DNA of 64,000 nt from Silicimonas sp. (GTDB taxonomy: Bacteria > Pseudomonadota > Alphaproteobacteria > Rhodobacterales > Rhodobacteraceae), in NCBI GenBank assembly GCA_050299835.1, contig JBNKWP010000016.1, positions 7,885 through 71,884 of the forward strand. Reading direction: 5' to 3'. Positions 9,010-19,663 of the stretch are shown here, piece by piece; the first letter of the stretch is position 1; each line of letters opens with the position of its first letter. Position numbers and translations under genes: made by a program. The notes below the pieces were generated by a model. The model had not been told where the DNA came from, made no database searches, and saw only the letters and a program-made list of their open reading frames with translations.

Positions 9010-10299
9010 ATGAACACAACTGTCGTTGATAGTGTCACCCGCTCAGAGTTGTTCCGGGTCTTCCTGAAGATCGGCCTGCTGTCATTCGGCGGACCGGCGG
9101 CGCAGATCGCCCTCATGCACCGCATCCTGGTCGATGAGCGACGATGGCTGACGGAAAAGCAATACCTGGACGCCCTGAGCTTCTGCATGTTGCTCCCCGG
9201 ACCGGAAGCAATGCAATTGGCGACCTACGCCGGTTGGAAGCTGCGGGGTGTGCCCGGTGGCTTGGTCGCAGGATCGCTCTTCGTGCTTCCGGGGGCTTTG
9301 GTGATCTTCTTGCTCGCAACGCTTTACGTGACCTTCGGCGATGTGACGCTGGTCGATACCCTGTTTCTGGGCGTTCAGGCGGCTGCGGTCGTCATCGTCC
9401 TGGAAGCCTTGCTGCGCATATCGAAACGGGCATTACGCGGCAGGACCCACTGGGTGATCGCTGGCCTGGCCTTCCTGGCCATCTTCTTTCTGGATGTGCC
9501 GTTCCCGCTTATTGTTATCTCGGCGGGCCTCTATGGCGCTCTGGCTGCACGAAATGCGGGGCGGGTACCTGATGACCCAAGACCGGCGGACCGAGCCCCC
9601 CGTAGCTTCGCCACGCTCTTCACCGGGTTGGTTATCTGGGGGCTGCCCTTCATCATCCTTGCTGTGGTCTCGGGACCAACTCTTTTGAATGAAGTTGGTT
9701 TCTTCTTCTCCAAGCTTGCGGTCGTGACCTTCGGCGGTGCCTATGCCGTCCTCGCTTACATGGCGCAGGACGTGGTGGTCGGGCTGGGCTGGCTCACCGC
9801 AAACGAGATGATGGACGGGTTGGGACTCGCTGAAACGACGCCTGGCCCGCTGATACTGGTAACAGAGTTCGTCGGGTTCCTTGCCGGTTTTCGTGAGGGC
9901 GGTTTCTGGCTGGCCGTCGTGGCAGCGCTGGTGACGCTGTGGGTAACGTTCGTTCCATGCTTCATCTGGATATTTGTCGGTGCCCCGTACATCGAGCGCA
10001 TTTCCAACCAGCCGCGACTTGCCGGTGCGCTCCACGCGATCACCGCGTCGGTTGTTGGAGTCATCATGAACCTTTCGTTGTGGTTTGCGCTCCATGTTCT
10101 GTTCGAGACCGTGGTGAGGACCAGTGTCGGCCCGGTTCAGGTTTGGACACCTGAGTTGATGTCGCTCAGGCCCGCGTCTGTCATCCTGATCCTTCTGTCT
10201 GGCTTCATGTTGCTGAGACGGCACATGGGGATCGGCTGGACGCTAGGTATCTCGGCCGCCGGAGCATGGCTGATTGAGGTTGTTACGACGTTTTGGTGA
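9010..10299 (+). CDS. chrA: chromate efflux transporter ChrA (CHR family)
   Basis: Internal ATG at 9010. The FLKIGLLSFGGPAAQIALMH motif recurs in the second half (VVTFGGAYAVLAYM), showing the duplicated CHR architecture. Polytopic membrane protein. Confidence 0.9.
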   Translation: MNTTVVDSVTRSELFRVFLKIGLLSFGGPAAQIALMHRILVDERRWLTEKQYLDALSFCMLLPGPEAMQLATYAGWKLRGVPGGLVAGSLFVLPGALVIFLLATLYVTFGDVTLVDTLFLGVQAAAVVIVLEALLRISKRALRGRTHWVIAGLAFLAIFFLDVPFPLIVISAGLYGALAARNAGRVPDDPRPADRAPRSFATLFTGLVIWGLPFIILAVVSGPTLLNEVGFFFSKLAVVTFGGAYAVLAYMAQDVVVGLGWLTANEMMDGLGLAETTPGPLILVTEFVGFLAGFREGGFWLAVVAALVTLWVTFVPCFIWIFVGAPYIERISNQPRLAGALHAITASVVGVIMNLSLWFALHVLFETVVRTSVGPVQVWTPELMSLRPASVILILLSGFMLLRRHMGIGWTLGISAAGAWLIEVVTTFW

Positions 10300-10366
10300 G
10301 TTTTGCTCGTCATTCTTGTGGGTGAGGACGCACCGTACGCGGCCATTCCCTGTCTAGACGGTTGGC

Positions 10367-10401
10367 AGAAACTCCGTTCACGTGGCTCCAGCAAGCACTG
10401 A
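10367..10401 (+). repeat. degenerate, shortened copy D of the intergenic repeat element
   Basis: AGAAACTCCGTTCACGTGGCTCCAGCAAGCACTGA shares the AGAAAC-N-GTTC head and the GCACTGA tail with copies A and B. The middle is deleted or diverged. Confidence 0.35.
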
Positions 10402-10471
10402 AGTCGATGTCCAATGGCCTGATTTGAAAACGTGGGGGCCGCTTTGTTCGCATATTCTGCAATTGAAGCTT

Positions 10472-10489
10472 GTTACTTTATAAAATAAT
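10472..10489. promoter_or_regulatory. AT-rich imperfect palindrome GTTACTTTATAAAATAAT, candidate Zur/Fur-type operator
   Basis: Central palindrome TTTATAAA with TTA/TAA arms. It is the only AT-rich patch upstream of the zur-zrg operon and lies about 30 nt before the preferred zur start. Confidence 0.4.
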
Positions 10490-10516
10490 TTAATGCCGAA
10501 TCCCGGAGAAGTACCA

Positions 10517-10903
10517 ATGCGTAAGCAAGCCGCCGTCCGACAGGCCGACATACTTGATGTACTCAACTCGTCCACTGTACCGATGACGGCCTACCAGATT
10601 CTGGAGCGGCTTCAGGGCGACGAGCCAGACATCGCGCCTCCCACGGTCTATCGCGCCTTGGCCGCTCTGACCGATCAGGGGCGGGCCCATAAGCTTGAAT
10701 CCCTCAAGGCGTTCGTGCCTTGTCGGTGCGACCACGACAAGAGCCTTCCGGTGCTTGCAATCTGTGAGGACTGCGGCTCGGTCGATGAGCATGATGGCGG
10801 CGCGCTCCTGCCGAAACTCAATTCTATTGTGGCTGCAAGCCAATTCCGGGCGGAGCGGCATATCGTTGAAATCCACGGTCAGTGCGGGGATTGCGCTCGC
10901 TGA
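10517..10903 (+). CDS. zur: Fur family transcriptional regulator, Zur-like
   Basis: Winged-helix block MTAYQILERL...PPTVYRALAALTDQG plus Cys motifs (CRCDHD, CEDCG, C-terminal CGDC). ATG at 10517 has a GGAGAAG RBS; 10493 is an alternative start. Confidence 0.8.
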   Translation: MRKQAAVRQADILDVLNSSTVPMTAYQILERLQGDEPDIAPPTVYRALAALTDQGRAHKLESLKAFVPCRCDHDKSLPVLAICEDCGSVDEHDGGALLPKLNSIVAASQFRAERHIVEIHGQCGDCAR

Positions 10904-10935
10904 CCCGTATCCTCATCCCAACTGGAGTTCATGAA

Positions 10936-11514
10936 ATGAAATATGCTGTCTCCGTTCTGTTGGCGGTATTCGTCTCGCCTGCCATCGCTCAGGAAACCCG
11001 TCATCTGGGCAGCCATGAACATGGTGTCGGCAAACTGGACATCGCCTTCGACGGCAACACTGTTGTCATGGATTTCCACGCTCCCGGTGCGGACCTCGTA
11101 GGGTTCGAGTACGCGGCGAAAAGCGCCGAGGACCGGGCCGCTATCGACGCCGCCGTCGCGATGCTCGCCCGTCCACTCGACCTGTTCGTGCTGCCTGCGG
11201 CAGCGGAGTGCAGCGTCGTGCAGGCCAGTGCCGAGCTTGAGAGCGAGGATCATCACGAGCACGAGGAACACGCGGACCACGATCACGAAGACGCCCATGA
11301 CGACCATGAAGATGAAGCGGGCCACACCGAGTTCCATGCGGAGTATGCACTGACCTGCGCCAACCCGGACGCGCTGACAGAGATCACTTTTGCCTATTTC
11401 GACAGGTTCGAGAATGCTCGTGAAGTCGAAGTGCAGATCGTCTCGGCCTCCGGGGCCAAAGCCTTCGAAGTTGAGCGGGATGCGCCGGTGCTCGACCTGC
11501 GCGGCATGTTCTGA
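10936..11514 (+). CDS. zrgA: ZrgA-family (DUF2796) periplasmic metal-binding protein
   Basis: Signal peptide MKYAVSVLLAVFVSPAIA and a His/Asp/Glu-rich tract DHHEHEEHADHDHEDAHDDHEDE. Sits immediately upstream of the ABC ATPase, permease and DUF3299 genes. Confidence 0.75.
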   Translation: MKYAVSVLLAVFVSPAIAQETRHLGSHEHGVGKLDIAFDGNTVVMDFHAPGADLVGFEYAAKSAEDRAAIDAAVAMLARPLDLFVLPAAAECSVVQASAELESEDHHEHEEHADHDHEDAHDDHEDEAGHTEFHAEYALTCANPDALTEITFAYFDRFENAREVEVQIVSASGAKAFEVERDAPVLDLRGMF

Positions 11515-11516
11515 TC

Positions 11517-12215
11517 TTGTCGGGCGGCTCGATCATAGAGGTCACGGACGCCCGTTTCCGCTGGCCGGGGCGGGCCTCCTTTGCCATCGCGGTGCCCGAG
11601 TTCGGAGTGACCAGGGGCGAGACCGTCTTGCTTCTGGGCGAAAGCGGGTCGGGTAAGTCCACGCTTCTGTCCCTGATTTGCGGCACCATCCTGGCTGATA
11701 GCGGGACGGTGAGCGTGAACGGCACCGATCTGAAAACCCTCTCCGGCGGGTCGCGGGACCGGTTCCGGGCGGAACAGATCGGCGTGATCTTCCAGCAGTT
11801 CAATTTGCTGCCATTCGGTTCGGTGATGGACAACATCCTGCTGCCGCTGCGCTTCGCTCCGGATCGCCGGAAGCGTTGCGTTGACCCAAGACAACAGGCG
11901 ACAGAGCTTTGCCAAAAGCTGGGTCTGCCAGAGGGTGTCGAAACCTCGAAAGCTGCCAATCTCAGTGTCGGTCAACAACAACGGGTGGCCGTGGCCCGGG
12001 CGCTGATCGGTGAGCCGCCGGTGCTGATCGCGGACGAGCCGACCTCGTCACTGGACGAAACCGCTCAGGCGAATTTCCTGGACCTGATGTTCGACCAGGT
12101 GAAGGCGCAAGGCTCGACGCTTCTGATGGTCAGCCACGATCCCCGGCTAGGGGAGCGATTTGACCGCGTGGTGCGGATGCCCGAGATCGTGACAGTTGAA
12201 AGGCAGGCGGCATGA
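11517..12215 (+). CDS. ABC transporter ATP-binding protein (MacB/LolD-like; ZrgB-type)
   Basis: Walker A GESGSGKST, signature LSVGQQQRVAVARAL and Walker B LIADEPTS. Confidence 0.9.
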   Translation: MSGGSIIEVTDARFRWPGRASFAIAVPEFGVTRGETVLLLGESGSGKSTLLSLICGTILADSGTVSVNGTDLKTLSGGSRDRFRAEQIGVIFQQFNLLPFGSVMDNILLPLRFAPDRRKRCVDPRQQATELCQKLGLPEGVETSKAANLSVGQQQRVAVARALIGEPPVLIADEPTSSLDETAQANFLDLMFDQVKAQGSTLLMVSHDPRLGERFDRVVRMPEIVTVERQAA

Positions 12216-13462
12216 TCCTCCGACTTGCCGCCGGATCGCTGATGGCTCGGGCCCTGACGGTCTGCATGACCGTGCTGGCCATCGCACTGTCGGTCGCGCT
12301 TTACCTCGGCGTCGAAAAGGTCAGGACCGGGGCACGGTCCAGCTTCGCCGACACGATCAGCGGCACCGATCTGATCGTGGGCGCAAGGTCGGGGTCGGTG
12401 CAACTCTTGCTCTATTCGGTCTTCCGGATCGGAAACGCGACCAACAACGTGACCTGGGAAAGCTATCAGGACATCGCAGCCCGGCCCGAGGTGGATTGGA
12501 TCGTGCCGATCTCGCTGGGCGACAGTCACCGGCAGTTTCGGGTCATGGGCACCAGCGCGGCGTTCTTCGAGCACTACAAGTACCGACAGGGCCGCGATCT
12601 TGCTTTCAGCGACGGCGTGGTATTGGACGACCTCTTCGATGCGGTCATCGGGGCGGATGTGGCCAGGACGCTAGGCTATTCAGTCGGTGACCCGATCGTC
12701 GTGGCCCACGGTCTCGCCTCGTTCACCGAGCACAAGGATCAGCCCTTCCGGGTTTCGGGCATTCTGGAGAAGACCGGCACGCCCGTGGACCGGACGGTGA
12801 TCGTGTCGATGGAGGCCATCGAGGCGATCCATGTCGATTGGCAGAGCGGAGCCAGGATACCGGGGCAGACCACGCCTGTGGATGCTATACGCCAGATGGA
12901 CCTGACCCCCGGGGCCATCACCGCCGCACTTGTGGGCGTGAAAAGCCCGCTCCAGACCTTCGCCCTGCAACGGTCGATCAATGAATACTCCGAGGAGCCG
13001 CTGTTGGCGATCTTGCCCGGCGTGGCCCTGCAAGAGCTTTGGGGCATCGTCGGCATCGCCGAGACGGCCCTTCTGGCGGTGTCGGCAATGGTCGTGGTGA
13101 CCGCGCTGATCGGGATGATGGCGACAATCTTCTCCAGCCTGAACGAACGCAGACGCGAAATGGCGATCTTCCGGGCCATGGGGGCAAGCCCGATCACGAT
13201 CCTGGGGCTTCTGGTGCTCGAGGCTGTGCTGACGGCAGCAGTTGGGGCCATGCTGGGTCTCGGTCTGCTCTATACAGGTCTGTTCGTCGCCCAGCCGATT
13301 ATCGACAGCACCTTTGGCCTCTTCCTTCCGATTGATCCGCCGGGATTGCGGGAAGGTCTGGTCCTGTTAGCTGTCATCGCTGCTGGCGCGATAGTGAGCC
13401 TGGTGCCTGCCTTGCGTGCCTACCGCCTGTCGCTGGCCGATGGTATGATGGTGCGGACATGA
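12212..13462 (+). CDS. ABC transporter permease, FtsX/MacB-like (ZrgC-type)
   Basis: N-terminal TM segment, a large periplasmic loop and C-terminal FtsX-type TM segments. 4-nt overlap with the ATPase gene. Confidence 0.85.
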   Translation: MILRLAAGSLMARALTVCMTVLAIALSVALYLGVEKVRTGARSSFADTISGTDLIVGARSGSVQLLLYSVFRIGNATNNVTWESYQDIAARPEVDWIVPISLGDSHRQFRVMGTSAAFFEHYKYRQGRDLAFSDGVVLDDLFDAVIGADVARTLGYSVGDPIVVAHGLASFTEHKDQPFRVSGILEKTGTPVDRTVIVSMEAIEAIHVDWQSGARIPGQTTPVDAIRQMDLTPGAITAALVGVKSPLQTFALQRSINEYSEEPLLAILPGVALQELWGIVGIAETALLAVSAMVVVTALIGMMATIFSSLNERRREMAIFRAMGASPITILGLLVLEAVLTAAVGAMLGLGLLYTGLFVAQPIIDSTFGLFLPIDPPGLREGLVLLAVIAAGAIVSLVPALRAYRLSLADGMMVRT

Positions 13463-13965
13463 CGCAGATCGACCGCAGACGCCTTCTGGCTCTCAGCCTT
13501 GCCGGGCTCACAACCCCGCGCATCGGGCTGGCCGCATCGGTCCGGGAGATCGGGTGGGAGGACCTGATTCCGCCGGGCGTACCCTATTCCGAGATCATCG
13601 GTGAAGGTGAACTTGACGAGGAGAACGACACCTGGCGTCCCGTTTTCGATGCGAATGCTCTGAAGTTCAACGAGGCGCTTAACGGCAAGCACGTGAAGCT
13701 TCCGGGCTACATCATCCCATTGGACATGGGGGCGCAGGGCGTGACCGAATTCATTCTCGTGCCTTACGTCGGAGCCTGCATTCACACGCCCCCGCCGCCC
13801 CCCAATCAGCTAGTGCTGGTCAGCACAAAGACCCCTTGGCCCAGCGACAACCTCTGGGACGCCGTGTGGGTCACCGGGCAAATGCGCACCCAACTGGTTT
13901 CGACCGAGCTTGCCGAGATCGGCTACGCCCTGACTGCCGAGCGCATGGAAATTTATGAATGGTAG
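13459..13965 (+). CDS. DUF3299 domain protein (ZrgD/E-type)
   Basis: Tat/Sec-like leader. Conserved block PGYIIPLD...EFILVPYVGACIHTPPPPPNQLV. Confidence 0.8.
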   Translation: MTQIDRRRLLALSLAGLTTPRIGLAASVREIGWEDLIPPGVPYSEIIGEGELDEENDTWRPVFDANALKFNEALNGKHVKLPGYIIPLDMGAQGVTEFILVPYVGACIHTPPPPPNQLVLVSTKTPWPSDNLWDAVWVTGQMRTQLVSTELAEIGYALTAERMEIYEW

Positions 13966-14465
13966 CCCCAGTCCTGTCCCGTCGCGATGCTCTTGTTTTT
14001 GCAGCTTCCGCTTTGGCCCTCCCCAGGGCGGCGCCTGCGGAGGAGATCATCGATCTCAAGTGGGAGGACCTGCTTCCCGAGGATCAGCCATTTGTCCCGA
14101 ACGCGCTGAAAGGTCTCGTCCAGCAGGAAGGACCGGACCTTTCCAGCCAACAACCGGCTTCTAATGGTGTGAGGACCGACTGGAACGGCCAGATTGTCCG
14201 TCTCCCCGGCTTCATCGTCCCGATTGACTACAACGGAACTGGCGTCACGGCCTTCATTTTGGTGCCCTATGTGGGGGCCTTCATCCACGTGCCGCCACCA
14301 CCAGCGAACCAGTTGGTTTTCGTGACATCGTCGGAGCCCTATGAGAGCAAGGGTCTCTACGAGCCCGTCAAGGTCACCGGCATGTTCGGAGCCGCGTCGA
14401 TGAGCACCCAGTTGGCCGAGATCGGATATGCTCTGTCGGCGGATTGGGTGGAGCCGAATTCTTGA
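13959..14465 (+). CDS. DUF3299 domain protein, paralogue of the preceding gene
   Basis: Same length (168 aa) and same block PGFIVPID...AFILVPYVGAFIHVPPPPANQLV. Overlaps the upstream gene by 7 nt. Confidence 0.8.
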   Translation: MVAPVLSRRDALVFAASALALPRAAPAEEIIDLKWEDLLPEDQPFVPNALKGLVQQEGPDLSSQQPASNGVRTDWNGQIVRLPGFIVPIDYNGTGVTAFILVPYVGAFIHVPPPPANQLVFVTSSEPYESKGLYEPVKVTGMFGAASMSTQLAEIGYALSADWVEPNS

Positions 14466-14509
14466 ACCTTTGGTCGTTTCAGGGCCAACGGCGCTGCTAA
14501 ACAGGCAAC

Positions 14510-14552
14510 AGAAACCGCGTTCGCTCTCGGTGTGCTCAGGCCCACGGAACCA
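14510..14552 (+). repeat. intergenic repeat element, copy C (AGAAACC-N2-GTTCGCTCTCGGTGTGCTCAGGCCCACGGAACCA)
   Basis: Aligns with copies A and B. Located 45 nt downstream of the last zrg gene and followed by a weak GC hairpin plus AAATTTT. Confidence 0.7.
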
Positions 14553-14635
14553 TCGGAGCCGCCCGGCCCGATGCGGATGCGGCGGGAAATTTTGTGCTGC
14601 ATTTTAGGGCCTTGCGCCGTCTGTCAGCACCCGCC

Positions 14636-16738
14636 TCAAATATCCTTCATCAGCCGCAATGCGTCATAGATCGCGGCATGGGTGTTGCGGGCGCTGACCG
14701 CGTCGCCAATACGGAACAGCTGGAACCTGCCCTTCGGGTTGCGCTCCACGGTCTGGGGGCGTCCTTCGGTCAGCGCATTGTAATCCACCTCGCCACCATT
14801 CACGGAGAGGGACTTGAGGTCGAAATAGAGCTCGGCGAGGGGCAGCGTTCCATAGTTCACCACGATCTGGTCGTAAGTCTGCTCGGTGGTTAGCCCGCTG
14901 TAATCCGTGCCGATTGTTGCCTTAAGCCGGTTCCCGTCCTTCGCCACACTTTTCAGCCGCCGCGTCACCGTGAAGGTCACGTTCTTGTCCTGAAGCGCCC
15001 GCATATAGGGGACCAGATTCATCCCCATGACCTCCGGAGCAAAGGTGCGGTCCGGGGTCATGACCTCGACTTGAGAGCCGGCATTGGCGGCGATCTCGGC
15101 AGCCATGAGGCCCGGATGGTCGCCGCTTTCGTCGTAGATCAGCACTTCCTGTCCAGGTTTCACATCGCCCGAAATCAGGTCCCAGGCCGTAACGGCAAGC
15201 GGTTGTTCCTGCCTGTTTTCAAAGAGTTCCGTGTTGGGCATTCCACCCGTAGCGACGATTACAATATCGGGTTCAAGGGCGATCACGTCGTCGGCTTCGG
15301 CCCATGTGTTGAAATGGAACTCGACATTGCGTGCAGCGCATTGGGACATGCGCCAGTCGATGATCGAGATCATCTCCCGACGGCGTGCGCTCAGCGCGGT
15401 GAGCCTGATCTGGCCGCCTGGATCGGGTTGTGCCTCGAACACCGTCACCTTGTGACCGCGTTCGGCGGCCACGCGGGCAGCTTCCAATCCGGCAGGCCCG
15501 GCTCCGACGATGACGATGTTGCGGGACATATCAGCAGGCGCGATCTCATGCGGCATCGTCAACTCGCGGCCCGTCGCCGCGTTGTGGATGCAGAGCGCCT
15601 CTCCGCCCTGATAAATCCGGTCAAGGCAATAGGTTGCGCCGACGCAGGGGCGGATATCATGTTCCCGGCCCTCGACAATCTTCTTCACGATATGCGGGTC
15701 CGCCATATGAGCCCGTGTCATGCCCACCATATCGAGAAGACCGGATGAGACGGCATGGCGGGCGGTGGCGACGTCGGGGATTCTCGCCGCATGGAAGGTT
15801 GGCATTCCGGTTGCCTGTCTGACGGCGCCTGCGAAATCCAGATGCGGGGCGCTTTTCATACCCTGAACCGGGATCACGTCCGTCAGTGCCGGGTCCGTGT
15901 GAACGCGGCCGCGGATCACGTTAAGAAAGTCGACCATGCCGCAAGCGGCCAGCTTCTTGGAGATCTCGATGCCTTCTTCCGGTGTGATCCCTCCCGTTTC
16001 TGCCTCGTCGGCGGTGTAACGTAATCCGACAATAAACTCGGTGCCGACACGCGTCCGGATGCCGGTCAACACGTCCATGAGCAGCTTCATCCGGCTTTCA
16101 AGTGTCTTGCCGCCATAGGGACCGTCCAGATCGTTGGTCAACGGCGACCAGAATTGATCGAGGAGGTGGCCGTAGACCTCAAGCTCGATTCCGTCCATCC
16201 CGCCGTCTTTCATTCGTTCGGCTGCATCCGAGAAATCGCCGATGATCCGTTCGATGTCCCAGTCCTCGGCCAGCTTGGGGAAGGATCTATGTGCGGGCTC
16301 GCGGTGCCAGGATGACGAAACGGAGGGCAGCCAGTCCCCCTTGTTCCATCCCGTCCGCCGGCCCAGATGTGTTAGCTGGATCATCACCGCGCAGCCATGA
16401 TCGTGGCAGGCATCGGTCAGGTTCCTGATCCACGGCACGACCTCGTCCTTGTATGCCAGAATATTGTTGAACGTCGGAGGACTGTCCGGGGAAACCGTTG
16501 CTGACCCTGCCGTCATCGTCAAAGCCACACCGGCCTTCGCCCGCTCTGCGTGATAGGCCGCATAGCGCTCCTTGGGCATCCCATCCTCGGGGTATGCCGG
16601 TTCATGGCTGGTGGTCATGATCCTGTTGCGTAGCGTCAGGTGTTTGAGCTGATACGGCTGAAGTAGAGGATCATCTGGCACAAGGAACTCCGTGGCGCTG
16701 CGCGTCTTACCCATAGAATGTCGAGCCGCATGAGACAA
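14636..16738 (-). CDS. OYE-like FMN domain plus FAD/NAD(P)-binding domain oxidoreductase (2,4-dienoyl-CoA reductase / N-methylproline demethylase StcD / DgcA-like)
   Basis: 700 aa. N-terminal TIM-barrel old-yellow-enzyme-like region (LKHLTLRNRIMTTSH), Cys cluster region RPCVGATYC...ALCIHN, and Rossmann motif VIVGAGPAGLEAA. Confidence 0.8.
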   Translation of the reverse strand: MSHAARHSMGKTRSATEFLVPDDPLLQPYQLKHLTLRNRIMTTSHEPAYPEDGMPKERYAAYHAERAKAGVALTMTAGSATVSPDSPPTFNNILAYKDEVVPWIRNLTDACHDHGCAVMIQLTHLGRRTGWNKGDWLPSVSSSWHREPAHRSFPKLAEDWDIERIIGDFSDAAERMKDGGMDGIELEVYGHLLDQFWSPLTNDLDGPYGGKTLESRMKLLMDVLTGIRTRVGTEFIVGLRYTADEAETGGITPEEGIEISKKLAACGMVDFLNVIRGRVHTDPALTDVIPVQGMKSAPHLDFAGAVRQATGMPTFHAARIPDVATARHAVSSGLLDMVGMTRAHMADPHIVKKIVEGREHDIRPCVGATYCLDRIYQGGEALCIHNAATGRELTMPHEIAPADMSRNIVIVGAGPAGLEAARVAAERGHKVTVFEAQPDPGGQIRLTALSARRREMISIIDWRMSQCAARNVEFHFNTWAEADDVIALEPDIVIVATGGMPNTELFENRQEQPLAVTAWDLISGDVKPGQEVLIYDESGDHPGLMAAEIAANAGSQVEVMTPDRTFAPEVMGMNLVPYMRALQDKNVTFTVTRRLKSVAKDGNRLKATIGTDYSGLTTEQTYDQIVVNYGTLPLAELYFDLKSLSVNGGEVDYNALTEGRPQTVERNPKGRFQLFRIGDAVSARNTHAAIYDALRLMKDI

Positions 16739-16826
16739 ACGTTCCGGTGATCGGTCGCCTTTGAAGTTTGCCGGTTGCTCGATTGACCTTTGACAGGCCC
16801 TCTCGCGACGCCTAATGTCCCGCGCT

Positions 16827-16933
16827 ATGGAACAGGTTCAAAATATCCCGATGTCGCGCATCCTGCGCGCCGACCTGCTTCTCCTCCTCCTTAGCCGCCT
16901 CTGAGCGTGCCTTTGGGCGCGACCGCTCAGAGG
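16827..16933 (+). promoter_or_regulatory. Leu-rich leader peptide ORF (MEQVQNIPMSRILRADLLLLLLSRL, 16827..16904) plus following 10-bp hairpin (16898..16907 / 16924..16933)
   Basis: Six consecutive Leu codons (CTG CTT CTC CTC CTC CTT) about 70 nt upstream of the cupin-leuA pair. The stop codon lies inside the stem CCTCTGAGCG/CGCTCAGAGG. 16887..16895 (CTCCTTAGC) is complementary to the cupin SD region 16957..16965 (GCTAAGGAG). Confidence 0.55.
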
Positions 16934-16971
16934 GGTTCCAGCGCCACCAAGACACCGCTAAGGAGACATCC

Positions 16972-17328
16972 ATGAATACGATCAATTTGTCCGAGAAGCT
17001 GTCACGCTTCTCCACGCACTGGGACCCGCATGTCGTTGCCGATTACAACGACAACGATGTGATGGTGGTCAAATTCCAGGGCGAATTCCCGTATCACAAG
17101 CATGACGACACAGACGATTTCTTCCTCGTCCTTGAGGGCGAGATGGAGATGGATATCGACGGCGAGGCACCCCGCCGCGTCGGTCCCGGCGAGATGTTCG
17201 TCGTGCCGAAAGGCGTCGTCCACCGCCCCCGTGCGGCGCAGGAGTGCAAGGTGCTTCTGATCGAGCCCAAGGGCGAACCCAATTCCGGTGACGCAGACCG
17301 CGAACCGGCCAAGAAACCCCGAATTTGA
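16972..17328 (+). CDS. cupin domain protein
   Basis: 118 aa with cupin motifs (FPYHKHDDTDDFFLVLEG and GEMFVVPKGVVHRP). AAGGAGA RBS 6 nt upstream. Confidence 0.75.
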   Translation: MNTINLSEKLSRFSTHWDPHVVADYNDNDVMVVKFQGEFPYHKHDDTDDFFLVLEGEMEMDIDGEAPRRVGPGEMFVVPKGVVHRPRAAQECKVLLIEPKGEPNSGDADREPAKKPRI

Positions 17329-17338
17329 GGAGGCGAAG

Positions 17339-18907
<1,569 letters not shown>

Positions 18908-18914
18908 CAGAGGC

Positions 18915-18941
18915 GGGGCCGCCGTTTGAACGGGCGGTCCC
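18915..18941 (+). terminator. GC-rich hairpin just after leuA stop (weak terminator candidate)
   Basis: 9-bp stem GGGGCCGCC / GGCGGTCCC with a 9-nt loop. Only a weak A/T stretch follows. Confidence 0.4.
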
Positions 18942-19616
18942 GACATATTCCGTCCGGGGAGTATCAAGGCTTCGCGTCTGGGAGAGCGGCCCTTATTCGG
19001 GATTAGCTCGCGGCCGAAACTGGCACCGAATTTTCATAATTCAACACGGATTGTTTCGTAAATTCACTTAAAGCGGATTGGACGCCTGCACTGTAGCCAA
19101 CTCTCCAGCAAAATAAGGACAAATTGGCGGTTTTCCGCCTAATTCTCGCCATATTCCTGACCTAAAAATGTCGCCAAGGCCGATGTCTGCCGGCCTGGAG
19201 TGTGTGTGTAAGATTTGAGGCCAAATGTTATCCCGGTCTCGTGTGTGTAAAAGGTAACTTGGTGGTGGCGATGTTTTGTTCGTCTCGGTCTCCGGAAGTC
19301 TACGAAAATGCCGTGGCAAGTTCCGGTTTGGGTGGTTCGTCAAATGATCTGTCCCGCGCTACCGCGCTGGGTTCTGCTGCGCCGTTCAATGGCACTGTAC
19401 GTCATCGCGTTGGGGGGCGTCCCATCTCCCCGCTCGGTGCAATGTGCCAGGACATTTCCCCTTCGGAGCGTGCAGCGACGAAACTCGGCCACCACCGTTT
19501 CTCCTTCGATCTCCCATTCCAATCCGTGAGAGGTCCCAACTGACATTGAATGCTCGGCGGTGACATCCGGACATCTCGTGTTGGTGGGGCCGGACTGCAT
19601 CGCGACTGGGTGGGGC

Positions 19617-19663
19617 GAGGCGCGTTCTGGTGGGGCAGAGCGCGCCTCATTTCTTTCATATTT
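19617..19663 (+). terminator. rho-independent terminator candidate inside the coding-poor gap
   Basis: 8-bp stem GAGGCGCG / CGCGCCTC followed by ATTTCTTTCATATTT. No annotated gene ends here. Confidence 0.5.

Noticed and set aside
4678-14552. Repeated cassette-terminal element considered as integron attC sites
   Set aside because: No intI integrase or attI in the window. The element lacks the RYYYAAC...GTTRRRY inverse-core/core arrangement, and the cassettes are multi-gene operons with their own regulators and promoters.
14555-14592. Hairpin plus AAATTTT after repeat copy C, considered as a terminator feature
   Set aside because: Only a 5-bp GC stem with a 17-nt loop could be drawn, which is too weak to list as a feature. 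It is mentioned only as context.
19199-19250. GTGTGTGT runs considered as a phase-variable microsatellite
   Set aside because: There are only 4-5 dinucleotide units, and they are not inside or directly upstream of any credible ORF.
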